Positions 11,751 through 26,752 of a stretch of 64,000 bases of DNA are shown here, piece by piece. The position numbers and the translations under genes are program-made. The DNA is from Haliotis cracherodii (taxonomy: Eukaryota), in contig NW_027266297.1 in the NCBI RefSeq assembly GCF_022045235.1, positions 32,054,001-32,118,000 on the forward strand, written 5' to 3'. The notes under the pieces are model-generated. The model did not search any database. It had not been told where the DNA came from and was given only the letters and a program-made list of their open reading frames with translations. How positions within the stretch are numbered: the first letter of the stretch is position 1; each line of letters starts with the position of its first letter.

Positions 11751-14700
11751 CGTGGTTGTGTTTAGACGAGCAGGCGATGTTCATGTTTATGCGTTTCAGT
11801 ACATGCTTCTGTTTTGAAAGAAACAAAATCAACTGATTAATCAGTTGAAGATAAATGTAATCGGGGAATTATTAAGTACCTTGGACTTTGTGAAACGTGC
11901 TGTCTTTGAATGTCTCATATTCTGAATCGACACGTGAAACATACGTCCAGAAACAGATGAACATACTCTCTCAAACACATTATTTATATCAATGCTCCTT
12001 ACACTGTCTGTCGGAAGATATTTTGGTCAGAGACGGTACATTACCGCAATGTACAGAGTTTGTATATTATAGATGACGTCACTGCTTCGCGGAATGCTTT
12101 ACTCACACAACAAAATATCGATAATTTCCTCAGCAATAACACATAGGAATCTTGTAGATGTTTCTGTGGAATATATTGTCGTTAATTGATAGTGTGTATG
12201 TACTGTACTGGAAAAAATCATCCCTTCCAGTTGATTATCCTTTGATTGTGTAAACCATCATGAGGTGTGAATATACATTGTTTTGTTCCATTTGGAGAAT
12301 ACTTTGTCGTGTCGAACTTTCCCTGAGAAGCGTTGCTTTGTTGTAATTTCGAGAAAATATGTCGGTCCTAAATGAAAAACACTATTTGATATGTATCACA
12401 ACAATGAGCACTTTCTCTATGATAGTTTTGTACTCTAAGGCGTGATGAATTACTTTGTGCACGAATTCGCAGGCCATTTTTAACACATATAAAAAACCCA
12501 TGATGTTTGTATCTTTGACAGTGTGTGTCAATGTATTTCAGGAATAGAAACAGTGTTTTCATAATCAATATAGGACGTGAGAGTACCTCTTTGTAAAATG
12601 AAGAGACACATTTAATTGTCTTTCTGTTTCACGAGACTGCAGCTGATAATACTTTTCAAAAAGTTCTTTTTCTTACATGTAAAAAATATTTACTTTTATT
12701 TCAACTCCCGAGAATACGTTTTAAAAATATATCAATAAATTGTTATTCAAGATAACAACATTGACCAGTTTTCATGACATATATTTATAATACTCTTGCG
12801 ACCAGATTTGATGTGAAGTATCAGCCGTACTACAGTGGCCAGTTTCCTTGATATATACAGCTGGAAAAGAATTTAAGCATTACATGTTTCATGTTTTCAT
12901 ATATCCTGAACTGCCGTTTATCGTTGGGAGATATTTACACATGACATTGATTTCATTTTGATGAAAGTTGAAGAAAACGCCGATGTCTGCTATGAAGTCA
13001 GTTCAAGAGAATGCCATATCGTAAAATGCAAAGAAGTTGATGAAGCAAATGAAAGGGTTGTCACATAAATATTTCCACAGAACAGTTACAAAACATGTTA
13101 CTAGATTATCGATTTCCGTTTCTGTATTTCAGTTTGGGCTTGTCGATTTGTAAAAAAATAAAGGGGTTTCGTAAGAACATTAATACCGGATGCGATTTTG
13201 AAACAAGCAGTGTTTTCCATGATATATGTCGGAAACAAAATAAACGTTGCTCAGTTTCATAACATTAATCTAAACATGAACACTTTCTAGTCTTTTAAAA
13301 GTTATAAAAACGTATGATTTATAACATGTTGATATACATCTTCCGACATGGAAAGGTGGTGATTGTACATTCAGGAAATGCGTTCATGACTTGAGGAACA
13401 TATCTCTCCAACACGTTGTTTACCTTCGTTTCTCCTCACACGTGAGTCTAGGACTCGGTTTCATTGAGTAGCGCAGTGTAGTGAAGCGAGTTTAGAAAGA
13501 ATGTGTGACGTATTTACTTCGCGGATTGTTATGCTCAGTCAGCAGTTCTCCTGTCCATGCAACAACATTACACACCGATGTAATTTTCAAACTCAATACA
13601 TTAGATGCAGAGAACAGGAATAGCAAATCAATGCAAATTTTGACTAAATAATGCATGCAAAATGTGCAGTAAATACATTGTACACAATTGAGATGAAACA
13701 TAAATACATTCTATATTCGTTTGACTATGTAAGTTAAAAGTATGTGAATTACGAACATACATAAGATGTATTTTGGTCCTTTTTATTATGTCATCGCGTT
13801 ATTTATTCACCTAATGCGTGTATTCATGTATTTACATTTGTAATATTATAAAACTGCGCATCATCTCAAGGTGGGAGTGAGTGAGTGAGTGAGTGAGTGA
13901 GTGAGTTGGGTTTAACGCCGTTTTTAACATTATTCCAGTCATATCACGGCGTTCACGGTGGGAGGACAGCCCAATGCATTTCAGATATGCCAGGTTACAA
14001 TATAGGAGTTTAAACTCATATGACGTGTGAATATGAATAAATGCACGTGAGTGCTCATAGCTGGATCATATTATATATATGAATTTCTGTTTGTTTCTGG
14101 TTACTTTACATTCCAGCACGTCAGCTTAATGTGGAAGTTCGTTGACGGTTAGTATTTGGTGAAACACACGGGCATGGTTATGGCACTGACAGATTCTAAT
14201 TTACGACCAGACGATCCTGACACGGACCTTAAATAAAAACGAATAAAACACAACCTCTTTCAATATTCGTAAGAAAACTGCTGAATAGTACTTGATCATT
14301 GATTTCACGGATCAATATCCTGTAGTCGAACATCACTGCACCTTTGAGCTAGAAATGCAGTAACTTATTGACAGGCGCTCAAAAGTCCCAAAAATGTTGT
14401 CAGCGAAATATCATGCTGGAAATCGTAACAACAAGAACGGCTGTTCGTTTTGTTCCTTAAAATGTCTTTACTCAAAGAGATATGGAAGTCGGTTCTGGAT
14501 ATGGGGGGTTGTGATATGACTGAATGTTGCTATATGTCCATGTCAGGGCGCATTCAATGAAACTGAATCGAGAAAAGGGAAAGTTGAGGTCTTCAGTGTG
14601 AAACATACGCCACGTTTCGGGGGTAGGAGGACGCACTCTTGTAAGTAGACATTTTCAAAGAAAATAAAGTATATGCAAGTCTTATTTGTTTGTTTTATTC

Positions 14701-15102
14701 ATTCCTATTCTGATATTGCACATGTTAAAATGAAGTATAGATTGACGGTCAATGATTGATAGGAATTTATATACATCGTAATATAAACAATCAAATATAT
14801 ACAACGTTTCACATAACAGGAAAATAACGTTCATCTGTCCATCATTCGGTAGAACACACACATTCTCAGTCACGCACTTTAATAACACATCATGCCCTCT
14901 CATTCACATAAAATATCTGGCAAGTTGTATGATATGAGATTCGTTCTCGAAGTTTTTCATAGTTATATACTTATGAATTTGGCCTCTTATGTGCCAGTGT
15001 TTTCCAGAATGACCTTTGATATATGGCATGTTAAACAAACCGTCCATATCTCCGTATCTGTTAGCATATATCACAGAATGTGCGTCAGTGTTCAGAAACA
15101 TT

Positions 15103-16993
15103 CTATACTTTGTCTGATGAAATTGTGCTACCTTGTTTGAACACATGTCGAGCAGTAGATCGTGATCTCCTCAGACGCCTCCAAGCGTAGTCATAGGACT
15201 TTAGCATGGAGGCTGTTTTGACGTGGTATAATGCTCTTCTGTACACCACCCTCCGCATATAGACACTGCAGTCCTGAGACACAACGTTGTTCACCTGAGC
15301 TCTGACAAGTTTGTTTCCAAGAAGCCGTGTTTCCCAATTAACATTATCGGGAATATAGTGGCAGAACTTGCTGAATACCACACACCTTCGTCCGTACCGG
15401 ATGGACTGAACACCGATCTCATAGAGAGCTGGCTTATTGTTCTCAGACTTGAAGATTATCTTCTTTCTGAAACCGGGGTTGGCACCCCGCCTTTTCTCCC
15501 ACTGCGCATCCTGTTTGAGTGGAACGTCAGGAGAGATAACTTTGACCCACGGTGACCAGTCCATGTTTCTTAAGCTGAAGTTGTTCTCAAAGACTTCCTC
15601 TCTTCTCAGAAGAGGTGTCACAAATTTTGTAGGTTTCTGAAATAATACATTATATATAGTGAGTCCATTTAGAAATGGACATATCTTTAAAGTTCCTCAA
15701 GGGTACAACTTTAATCGATAAATGCCATCGTTATCAGCAGTATAAGAAAGAAATGAACAACTGTATATGTCATTATCACTTGGGAAGAAACATGTCTGAA
15801 ATATACCTTCAGTGATTTAGTTCCTGGTCTTCTGGTGGATTTAGGTTTGGCCTTTCGAACTGCTGTGATTGATATAGTTTTCTTTAAGGTGGGGATCTTC
15901 ACATCTTTCTTACTGCAACCGGTTGTGGTCTTCTTTGGCGATGACAGAGAGGCTACTCCATCACGTAGTGAGGTAAACATTCCTTCCATGTCTTTGCTGA
16001 GGGCACCTTCACCACAACGAGTTCGAACTTCTTTCTCATACACCTGAAATGACATATACAAATGTCAAAACAGGAATACACGGAAAACATATTCGGTAAG
16101 GAAAGTAAACTAAATATATTATGACAAATATATATGTTTATGAACCAAATTATCGAAGAGCAAGCTTACATCAAACATATCTGCCCCGTGCTCCCTGTAG
16201 CAGATGGCCATGAGGAAGTCGAAGACATTGGAAAAGCTGTCGAGTTGAAGATGGCGTCCCCCTGTCTCCTGGGACATTCTCTTGTAGAATTCCATGCTGC
16301 CACATCCACGCTCTACCCCATATATCTTCACTCCCTGGAAACGAATGGGATGTTTCAATGTATTTACTGTACATTTGACTTATGTTAGCATGATGCAATT
16401 CTGAGTGAACTCGATTTGTATCATCCCCAACTGACAATCAAACTCAAAATGCAATTCGATATTGTATTGAGAATTTGAATCTCTTGAAAAATAGCATTTC
16501 TTAGTGATGTTAAGAATTTAATTTGGCTAAAGTAAAATTAGCTCACCATTTTATTGAGAGTTTGAATCTCCTCCCTCCAGTCTATCTTGAGTTTGTTGTC
16601 GGGGTAGTCTGGTTCATGGGGGTTGGCATCCCCGATCATGACGAGGGCACGATTGGATCCGGGAGTCCATGACAACTCCTCACCAACTTGTCTGAGCACA
16701 AGTTCGTAACATTCGTCCGAGTCTCCGCCTCCAGTGCTGCTGACGTTGTTTACAAAGTCACATAGTTCCTTAACGTCTGTGGAGAAGTCGATCCACTTTG
16801 TTACGTAGTTGTGTTTGTCACAATAGTCCCCGTGTGCGAAGACGGCAATTCTGATGGCGGGGATGTCAGCCTGGAGCCGCTGTATCATGTCCTGGAGTCG
16901 ACCTCTGACTTCGACGAGACAGCTGCTCATGGAGCCGGTTGTGTCAAAGGAGAAGACAATCTCCGGAAGTCCACCAGGAGGAAGCAAAGCCAT
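15103..16993 (-). CDS. VWA + ET-like domain protein, copy 2 (subtype A), 460 aa
   Basis: Exact +5900 offset from copy 1: join(16993..16547,16334..16170,16043..15807,15636..15103). Splice sites and frame are intact, and the protein is near-identical to copy 1. Confidence 0.9.
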
Positions 16994-17550
16994 GTTGAAT
17001 CTGTGGAAATATTCAGAACAATTGAGTGTACATGTATACAAGAAGTTTTACTTTTGAAATTGATACAGTTTTATAACCATTAACTCTGGCAGTGTAAATA
17101 TAAAAATGTCTTGAAAATCCATCTTTTGGTTCATTTTAATTTTAATGTTTATATTCTCAAGTAAATTTAATAATTTCAATTTTTAATAAAGTCAATTCAG
17201 AAACAAGGATGTTGGTTTCTTTAAAATATTTGCAAAGGTTATTTCCGTAAGTATGCTATAATTTATTAGCATTTTATAGATATAGAAAAATGTGTTCAGG
17301 TTATAAATACATATGATTTAATAATTTACGCTTTTCTTATAAAATAGATATAGATGTGTAATTTATTTGGCGACGATTTCCTCGCTGTTATCAGACCCAG
17401 TACTATATACATCATCACTGTTAATATGTTCCTCAAATTACCTTTTTTGAAGGTGACAGTAGTAATATAGTTCTTTTGCTATATTTCCACGCCGCTGTCA
17501 GACGTAGTTTATATATATTCAAGTCTTTCAACTGTAGTGTATGTCACTGG

Positions 17551-17650
17551 ACTGATCTTACTCAGCAGCCCGCTCGCTTTTATACTGGCTGAGAGGCGAT
17601 CAATGGGAGCTCGCTGAGACTTGTCTTGGTTGGCATGTTTAGACCTGTTC
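17551..17650 (-). promoter_or_regulatory. Core promoter of copy 2
   Basis: Identical to copy 1: TATA 17584..17578, Inr 17555..17551. Confidence 0.75.
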
Positions 17651-20600
17651 CGTGGTTGTGTTTAGACGAGCAGGCGATGTTCATGTCTATGCGTTTCAAT
17701 ACATGCTTCTGTTTGGAAAGAAACAAAATCAACTGATTAATCAGTTGAAGATAAATATAATCGGGGAATTATTAAGTACCTTTGACTTTGTGAAACGTGC
17801 TGTCTTTGAATGTCTCATATTCTGAATCGACACGTGAAACATACGTCCAGAAACAGATGAACATACTCTCTCAAACACATTATTTATATCAATGCTCCTT
17901 ACACTGTCTGTCGGAAGATATTTTGGTCGGAGACGGTACATTGCCGCAATGTACAGAGTTTGTATATTATAGATGACGTCACTGCTTCGCGGAATGCTTT
18001 ACTCACACAACAAAATATCGATAATTTCCTCAGCAATAACACATAGGAATCTTGTAGATGTTTCTGTGGAATATATTGTCGTTAATTGATAGTGTGTATG
18101 TACTGTACTGGAAAAAATCATCCCTTCCAGTTGATTATCCTTTGATTGTGTAAACCATCATGAGGTGTGAATATACATTGTTTTGTTCCATTTGGAGAAT
18201 ACTTTGTCGTGTCGAACTTTCCCTGAGAAGCGTTGCTTTGTTGTAATTTCGAGAAAATATGTCGGTCCTAAATGAAAAACACTATTTGATATGTATCACA
18301 ACAATGAGCACTTTCTCTATGATAGTTTTGTACTCTAAGGCGTGATGAATTACTTTGTGCACGAATTCGCAGGCCATTTTTAACACATATAAAAAACCCA
18401 TGATGTTTGTATCTTTGACAGTGTGTGTCAATGTATTTCAGGAATAGAAACAGTTGTTTTCATAATCAATATAGGACGTGAGAGTACCTCTTTGTAAAAT
18501 GAAGAGACACATTTAATTGTCTTTCTATTTCACGAGACTGCAGCTGATAATACTTTTCAAAAAGCTCTTTTTCCTTACATGTAAAATATATTTACTTTTA
18601 TTTCAACTCCCGAGAATACGTTTTAAAAATATATCAATAAATTGTTATTCAAGATAACAACATTGACCAGTTTTCATGACACATATTTATAATACTCTTG
18701 CGACCAGATTTGATGTGAAGTATCTGCCGTACTACCGTGGCCAGTTTCCTTGATATATACAGCTGGAAAAGAATTTAAGCATTACATGTTTCATGTTTTC
18801 ATATATCCTGAACTACCGTTTATCGTTGGGAGATATTTACACATGACATTGATTTCATTTTGATGAAAGTTGAAGAAAACGCCGATGTCTGCTATGAAGT
18901 CAGTTCAAGAGAATGCCATATCGTAAAATGCAAAGAAGTTGATGAAGCAAATGAAAGGGTTGTCACATAAATATTTCCACAGAACAGTTACAAAACATGT
19001 TACTAGATTATCGATTTCCGTTTCTGTATTTCAGTTTGGGCTTGTCGATTTGTAAAAAAATAAAGGGGTTTCGTAAGAACATTAATACCGGATGCGATTT
19101 TGAAACAAGCAGTGTTTTCCATGATATATGTCGGAAACAAAATAAACGTTGCTCAGTTTCATAACATTAATCTAAACATGAACACTTTCTAGTCTTTTAA
19201 AAGTTATAAAAACGTATGATTTATAACATGTTGATATACATCTTCCGACATGGAAAGGTGGTGATTGTACATTCAGGAAATGCGTTCATGACTTGAGGAA
19301 CATATCTCTCCAACACGTTGTTTACCTTCGTTTCTCCTCACACGTGAGTCTAGGACTCGGTTTCATTGAGTAGCGCAGTGTAGTGAAGCGAGTTTAGAAA
19401 GAATGTGTGACGTATTTACTTCGCGGATTGTTATGCCCAGTCAGCAGTTCTCCTGTCCATGCAACAACATTACACACCGATGTAATTTTCAAACTCAATA
19501 CATTAGATGCAGAGAACAGGAACAGCAAATCACTGCAAATTTTGACTAAATAATGCATGCAAAATGTGCAGTAAATACATTGTACACAATTGAGATGAAA
19601 CATAAATACATTCTATATTCGTTTGACTATGTAAGTTAAAAGTATGTGTATTACGAACATACATAAGATGTATTTTGATCCTATTCATTATGTCATCGCG
19701 TTATTTTTTCACCTAATGCGTGTATTCATGTATTTACATATGTAAGATTATAAAACTGCGCATCATCTCAAGGTGGGAGTGAGTGAAAGAGTTGGGTTTA
19801 ACGCCGCTTCAAACATTATTCCAGTCATATCATGGCGTTCAAGGTGGGAGGACAGCCCAATGCATTTCAGATATGCCAGGTTACAATATAGGAGTTTAAA
19901 CTCATATGACGTGTGAATATGAATAAATTCACGTGAGTGCTCATAGCTGGATCATATTATATATATGAATTTCTGTTTGTTTCTGGTTACTTTACATTCC
20001 AGCACGTCAGCTTAATGTGGAAGTTCGTTGACGGTTAGTATTTGGTGAAACACACGAGCATGGTTACGGCACTGACAGATTCTAATTTACGACCAGACGA
20101 TCCTGACACGGACCTTAAATAAAAACGAAAAAACACAACCTCTTTCAATATTCGTAAGAAAACTGCTGAATAGTTCTTGATCATTGATTTCACGGATTAA
20201 TATCCTGTAGTCGAACATCACTGCACCTTTGAGCTAGAAATGCAGTAACTTATTGACAGAGGCTCCCAAGTCCCAAAAATGTTGTCAGCGAAATATCATG
20301 CTGGAAATCGTAACAACAAGAACGGCTGTTCGTTTTGTTCCTTAAAATGTCTTTACTCAAAGAGATATGGAAGTCGGTTCTGGATATGGGGGGTTGTGCT
20401 ATGACTGAATGTTGCTGTATGTCTATGTCAGGGCGCATGAAATGTAACTGAATCGAGACAAGGGAAAGTTGAGGTCTTCAGTGTGAAACAAACGCCACGT
20501 TTCGGGGGCAGGAGGACGCACTCTTGTAAGTAGACATTTTCAAAGAAAATAAAGTATATGCAAGTCTTATTTGTTTGTTTTATTCATTCCTATTCTGATA

Positions 20601-20987
20601 TTGCACATGTTAAAATGAAGTATATATTGTAGGTCAATGAATGATAGGAATTTATATACATCGTAATATGAACAATCAAATATATACAACGTTTCACATA
20701 ACAGGAAAATAACGTTCATCTGTCCATCGTTCGGTAGAACACACACATTCTCAGTCACGCACTTTAATGACACATCATGCCGTCTCATTCACATAAAATA
20801 TCTGGCAAGATGTATGATATGAGATTCGATCTCGATGTTTTCCAAAGTTATATACTTATGAATTTGGCCTCTTATGTGCCAGTGTTTTCCAGAATGTCCT
20901 TTGATATATGGCATGTTAAGAAAACCGTCCATATCTCCGTATCTGTTAGCATATATAACAGAATGTGCGTCAATGTTCAGAAACATT

Positions 20988-22883
20988 CTATACTTTGTCT
21001 GATGAAATTGTGCTACCTTGTTTGAACACATGTCGAGCAGTAGATCGTGATCTCCTCAGGCGCCCCCATGCGTAGTCATAGGACTTTATCATGGAGGCTG
21101 TTTTGGCATGGTATGATGCTCTTCTGTACACCACCCTCCGCATATAGACACTGCAGTCCTGAGACACAACGTTGTTCACCTGAGCTCTGACAAGTTTGTT
21201 TCCAAGAAGCCGTGTTTCCCAATTAACATTATCGGGAATATGGTGGCAGAACTTGCTGAATACCACACACCTTCGTCCGTACCGGATGGACTGAACACCA
21301 GTCTCATAGAGAGCTGGCTTATTGTTCTCAGACTTGAAGATTGTCTTCTTTCTGAATCCGGGGTTGGCACCCCGTCTTTTCTCCCATTGTGCATCCTGTT
21401 TGAGAGGAACGTCAGGAGAGATAACTTTGACCCACGGTGACCAGTCCATGTTTTTCAAGCTGAAGTTGTTCTCAAAGACTTCCTCTCTTCTCAGGAGTGG
21501 TGTCACAAACTTTGTTGATTTCTGGAATAATATAGTGTATTGTGAGACTCCTTGACATGGTCATAGCCTAACACAATGAAAACAAGAATTAAACACTCGC
21601 ATTATGATCGCGCATTATAAAAAAAATGAGAGAATATTTTACCTTGAACGATTTCTTTCTTGGCTTTCTGATGGATTTAGGTTTTGGCTTTCGGACTCTT
21701 TGGATGGATGTTATTTTCTTTAAGGTGGGAACCTTCACATCTTTCTTAGCGGCACTGATCGTAATCGCTGTCTTTGGTTGAGGAGGGGAGACAATTCCAT
21801 CACGTAGGGATGTAAACATTCCTTCCATGTCTTTGCTGAGGGCACCATCAGCGCAACGGGCTCGAACCTCTTTCTCGTACACCTGATGAGGGCAAATGAT
21901 CATTGATGAAAGGAATTTTATAACAACGAATATCACACAATTCAAATGACAGCCGCACTACGGATTTTAAAGTGATGCAGTTATTTCAACTTACATGAAG
22001 AATCTCTGCCCCCTGTTCCCTGTAGCAGATGGCCATAAGGAAGTCAAAGATGTTTGTAAAGTTTTCCAATTTAAGATGCCGACCTCCTGTCTTGTTGGAA
22101 ATGGTTTCGTAGAACGTCGTATTGTCCGTGTCGCACTGAACTCCATAGATTTTTACTCCCTGAAATTAAAATTAATTAATAGAAAAAGTGAATGAACATC
22201 CTTGTGTCGAAGTTACGGTTGTTGTGGCGAAGCAAAAGCAAGGTCCCTGCGCATTCCTTCTTTATTCATCATTTTCGGTTGTGTCGAACCTCGGATAACT
22301 TTACTCGGATACATTTACGTGAGTCTCTTCAACGTCGACTTAAAGGTGGTTGACTGGTGACTGTCGTGTTTTTATTATTTGATTTATGTCTGAAAATGAC
22401 CACAACTTGGAAATTAATAGAAATCCAACATACCATTTCATTCAGAGTTTGTGTCTCCTTTCTCCAGTCTATTTTTAGTTTATTGGCTTTGAAGTTTGGT
22501 TCGTGGGGCTTGTCGTCCCCGACGACGACGAGAACACGGTTAGATCCTGGTGTCCATGACAACTCCTCCCTAACTTGTCGGAGAACAAGTTCGTAACACT
22601 CGCCGTGGTCGTAATCGCCTCCTGTATCTTTAACGTTCATGACGAAGTCGCAGAGCCCTTTCACGTCAGTGGAGAAGTCGATCCACTTTGTGATATATGT
22701 GGATTTGGTACAGTAGTCACCGTGTGCGAAGACGGCGATTCTGACGGCGGGGATGTCAGCCTGGAGCCGCTGTATCATGTCCTGGAGTCGTCCTCTGACT
22801 TCGGCCAGACACTTGCTCATGGAGCCGGTTGTGTCAAAGGAGAAGACAATCTCCGGAAGTCCACCAGGAGGAAGCAAAGCCAT
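20988..22883 (-). CDS. VWA + ET-like domain protein, copy 3 (A/B mosaic), 462 aa
   Basis: join(22883..22434,22159..21995,21882..21643,21521..20988), GT-AG, 150+55+80+177 aa. Exon 3 (GVKIYGVQCDTDNTTFYETISNKTGGRHL...) was translated by hand because it is missing from the ORF track. Confidence 0.9.
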
Positions 22884-23434
22884 GTTGAATCTGTTGAAAT
22901 ATTCAAAACAACTGAAGTACATGTATACAAGAAGTTTCACTCTAAAAATTGATAGAAATTTAGAACCATTATCTCTAGCAGTGTAAATAATTATAAAAAT
23001 GTTTTGAAAATCCGATTTTTTTTCCAATTTAATCTTAATTTTTATATTCTCAAATAAAAGAATAGATTAAATTTTTAACAAAGTCCATTCAGAAACAAGA
23101 ATGTTGGTTTCTTAAAAATATTTGTACAGGTAATTTCCGTTAGTATGCTATGATCATTTTTTATAGAAATAGAAGAATGGGTTTCCATTATTAGAAAATA
23201 TTTGTTCTCATCAAATAGATATAAATCGGTAAGTTATTTGGCGACGATTTCCTCGCTGTTATCAGAGGCAGTACTATATGTATATATACACCATCACCGT
23301 TATACTACATGTTCCTCTAGTTACCTGTTTTGAATGGTGAGATTAGTTATATAGTTCTTGAGCTATATTTCCACGCTGCTGTCAGACGTAGTTTATATAT
23401 ATTCAAGTCTTTCAACTGTAGTGTATGTCACTGG

Positions 23435-23534
23435 ACTGATCTTACTCAGCAGCCCGCCAGCTTTTATACTGGCTGAGAGGCGACCAATTGGAGCTCGCTG
23501 AGACTTGTCTTGGTTGTCATGTTTTGACCTGTTC
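23435..23534 (-). promoter_or_regulatory. Core promoter of copy 3
   Basis: TATA 23468..23462, Inr 23439..23435, exon-1 donor CAG|GTAACT at 23325. Confidence 0.7.
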
Positions 23535-26500
23535 CGTGGTTGAGTTTTGAAGAGCAGGCGATGTTCATGTCTATGCGTTTCAGTAGATGCTTCTGTTTGG
23601 AAAGAAACAAAATCAACTGCTTAATCAGTTGAAGATAAATGTAATCGGGGAAATATTAAACATTTTAGACTTAGGGAAACGTGTTGTCATCGAATGTCTC
23701 ATGATGTTCTGAATCGACGCGTGAAACATACATCCAGAAACGGATGAACATACTCTCACAAATACATTGTTTATATCTATGCTCATTACACTGTCTGTCG
23801 GAAGATATTTTGGTCGGAAACGGTATATACCCGCAATGTACAGAGTTGGTATATTGTAGATGACGTCATTGCTTCCTGGAATGCTTTACTCGCACAACAA
23901 ACAATGGATAATATTCTCAGTAACTACACATAGGAATCTTGATTGTGTAAACCATTATGATCAAAGAAAAGGTGTGAATATACATTGTTGTGTTCCATTT
24001 GGAGCATACTTTGTCGTATCAAACTTTCCCTAAGAAGCGTTCTTGTGTTGTATTTTCGAGAATATATGGTGGCCCTAAACGAATTCGCTATTTTGCAAAA
24101 AAACATATATTGGTATCATAACAATGAACACTTTCTCTGAGATATAATTCGATAAGAAGGCGTTTTTAATTACTTTGTTCACGGATTCGCAGACCATTTT
24201 TTAATACCCGTTAAACAACATGATGTTGGTGTCTTTGGCAGTTTATTTCAGGAATAGAAAAAGTTGTTTTAAAAATCAATATAGGAAGCGATGTAAATTT
24301 TTGTAAAATCAAGAGCTACTTTGCGTATTTTTTCTATTTCACGAGACTGAAAATACTTTTCAGAAAGCTCTTATATACACCAATTTTTCCTTACATCTAA
24401 TATATATTTACGTTTATTTTCAGCAACGAGAATACGTTTTAAAAAAATATATCAATAAACCAAGTTATTTAAAATAACAACATCGATCAGTTTTCATGAC
24501 ATACATAAATGATACTCTTGTGACCGGATTTGATATGAAGTATCAGCTGTACTACCGTGGCCAGTTTCCTTGATATATACATCTGGAAAATAATTTAAGC
24601 ATTACCTGTTTTATATTTTCATATATCCTTAACTTCCATTTATCTTTTGGAAATATCTACACATGACATTGATCTTTTTTTTTTTGAATGTTTAAGAAAA
24701 CACCGATGCCTGCTATGCAGTGAGTTCACGAAAACGCCATATCGTAATATGCAAAGAAGCTGGTGCAGCTATTGAATGGGAAGTCAAATAGTTATTTCCA
24801 CACAACCGTTACAAAACATGCAATTAGATTATCGATTTCAGTTTCTGTATTTCAGTATGGGTCTGTCGCTTTGTAGAAAATAAAGGGGTTGCGTACGAAC
24901 ATTAATACCGGATGCGATTTTGAAACAAGGCTCTTCTCTATGGAAATATAGTAAGCAGTGTTTTCCATGATATATGTCAGAAACAAAATATTGCCCCGTT
25001 TCATAACATTAATCTAAGCATGAACATTTTCTGGTCTTTTACAAGTTATAAAACGTATGATTAATAATAACTATGTTGATTATACATCTTCCGACAAGAA
25101 AAGGTGATTGTTAATTCAGGAAAAGCGTTCAGGAGTTGAGGAACATATTTCTCAAACACGTTGTTTACCTTCGTTTCTCCTCACACGCGAGTCTAGGACT
25201 CGGTTCATTGAGTAGCGCAGTGTAGTGAAGCGAGTTTGGAAAGAATGTGTGACGTATTTACTTCGCGGATTGTTATGCTCAGTCAGCGGTTCTACTGTCA
25301 ATGCAACAACATTACACGCCGATTTAATTTTCAAACTCAATATATAATTTGCGTAAAACAGGAACAGTTAATCACAGCAAATTTTGACTGAATTATGCTT
25401 GCAAAATGAGCGATAAATACACTGTACAAATTGAGATGAATCATGAATATATTTTTAAGAATGTGAATTACGAACATACATAAGATGCAGTTTGGTCCTT
25501 TTATTTATGTCAAAACGTTATTTTTTCAACTAATGCCTGTATTCGGGTATTTACATTTGTAAGGTTATATAACTGCGCATAATCTCAAGGTGGGAGGACA
25601 GCCCAGTGCATTTCAGTTCGTGGATGTTAACATGAGTGTTTCATTATATGCGAGTTTCAATACAGGAGTGTAAACTCATATGACGTGTGAATATGAATAA
25701 ATTCACGTGAGTGCTCATTACTAGATCATATTATATATATGACTTTCTGTTTGTTTCTGGTTACTTTACATTCCAGCACGTCAGTTTAATGTGGAAGATC
25801 GTTGACGTTTAGTATTTGTCGAAACACACGAGCATGGTTACGGCACTGACAGATTCTAATTCACGACCAGACAATCCTGACACGGACTTTAAATAAAAGC
25901 GAAAGAGAAATCCATTTCAATATTCATAAGAAAACTGCTGAATAGTACTTGATCAATAATTTCATGGATCTATATCCTGTAGCCGAACATCACTGCACCT
26001 TTGAGCTAGAAATGGAGTAACTTATTGACAGGCGCTCCCAAGTCCCAATAATGTTGTCAGTGAAATATCATGCTGGAAATCGTAACAAGAATGGCTGTTC
26101 GTTTTGTTCCTTACGATGTCTTTACTCAAAGAGATATGGAAGTCGGGGCTGGATATGGGGGGTTGTGATATGCGTGAATGTTGCTGTATGTCCATGTCAG
26201 GGCGCATGAAATGTAACTGAATCGAGACAAGGGAACGTTGAAGTCTTCAGCGTGAAACAAACGCCACGTTTAGGGGGTAGGAGGACGCAGTCTTGTAAGT
26301 ACACATTATCAAAGAAAATAGGATATATGTAAGTCTTATTAGTTTGTTTTATTCATTCTTATTCAGTTTGATTTTGCACATGTTAAAATGAGGTATGATC
26401 TGAAGGCCAATGAATTAGTTTTATATACATTTTAATATAAACAATATATACAGCGTTTCACATAACAGAAAAATAACGTTCATCAGTCTCTGTCATTCGG

Positions 26501-26752
26501 TAGAAAACACACATTCTCAGTCACGCACTTTAATGACACATCATGCCGTCTCATTCACATAACTATCTGGCAAGTTGTATAATATGAGATTCGATCTCGA
26601 TCTTTTCCAAAGTTATAAACTGATTAATTTGGCCTCTTATGTGCCAGTGTTTTCCAGAATGTCCTTTGATATATGGCATGTTAAGAAAACCGTCCATATC
26701 TCCGTATCTGTTAGCATATATTACAGAATGTGTGTCAATGTTCAGAAACATT

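Larger units (their letters stand above)
6640..21240. repeat. Tandem segmental duplication, ~5.9-kb unit (about 2.5 near-identical copies)
   Basis: Constant 5900-bp offset between the ORFs and flanks of copies 1 and 2. The third unit continues into the 3' part of copy 3. Confidence 0.9.

Noticed and set aside
12314-12323. NF-kB-like site GAACTTTCCC upstream of A copies
   Set aside because: Imperfect match, and absent from the B-type flanks.
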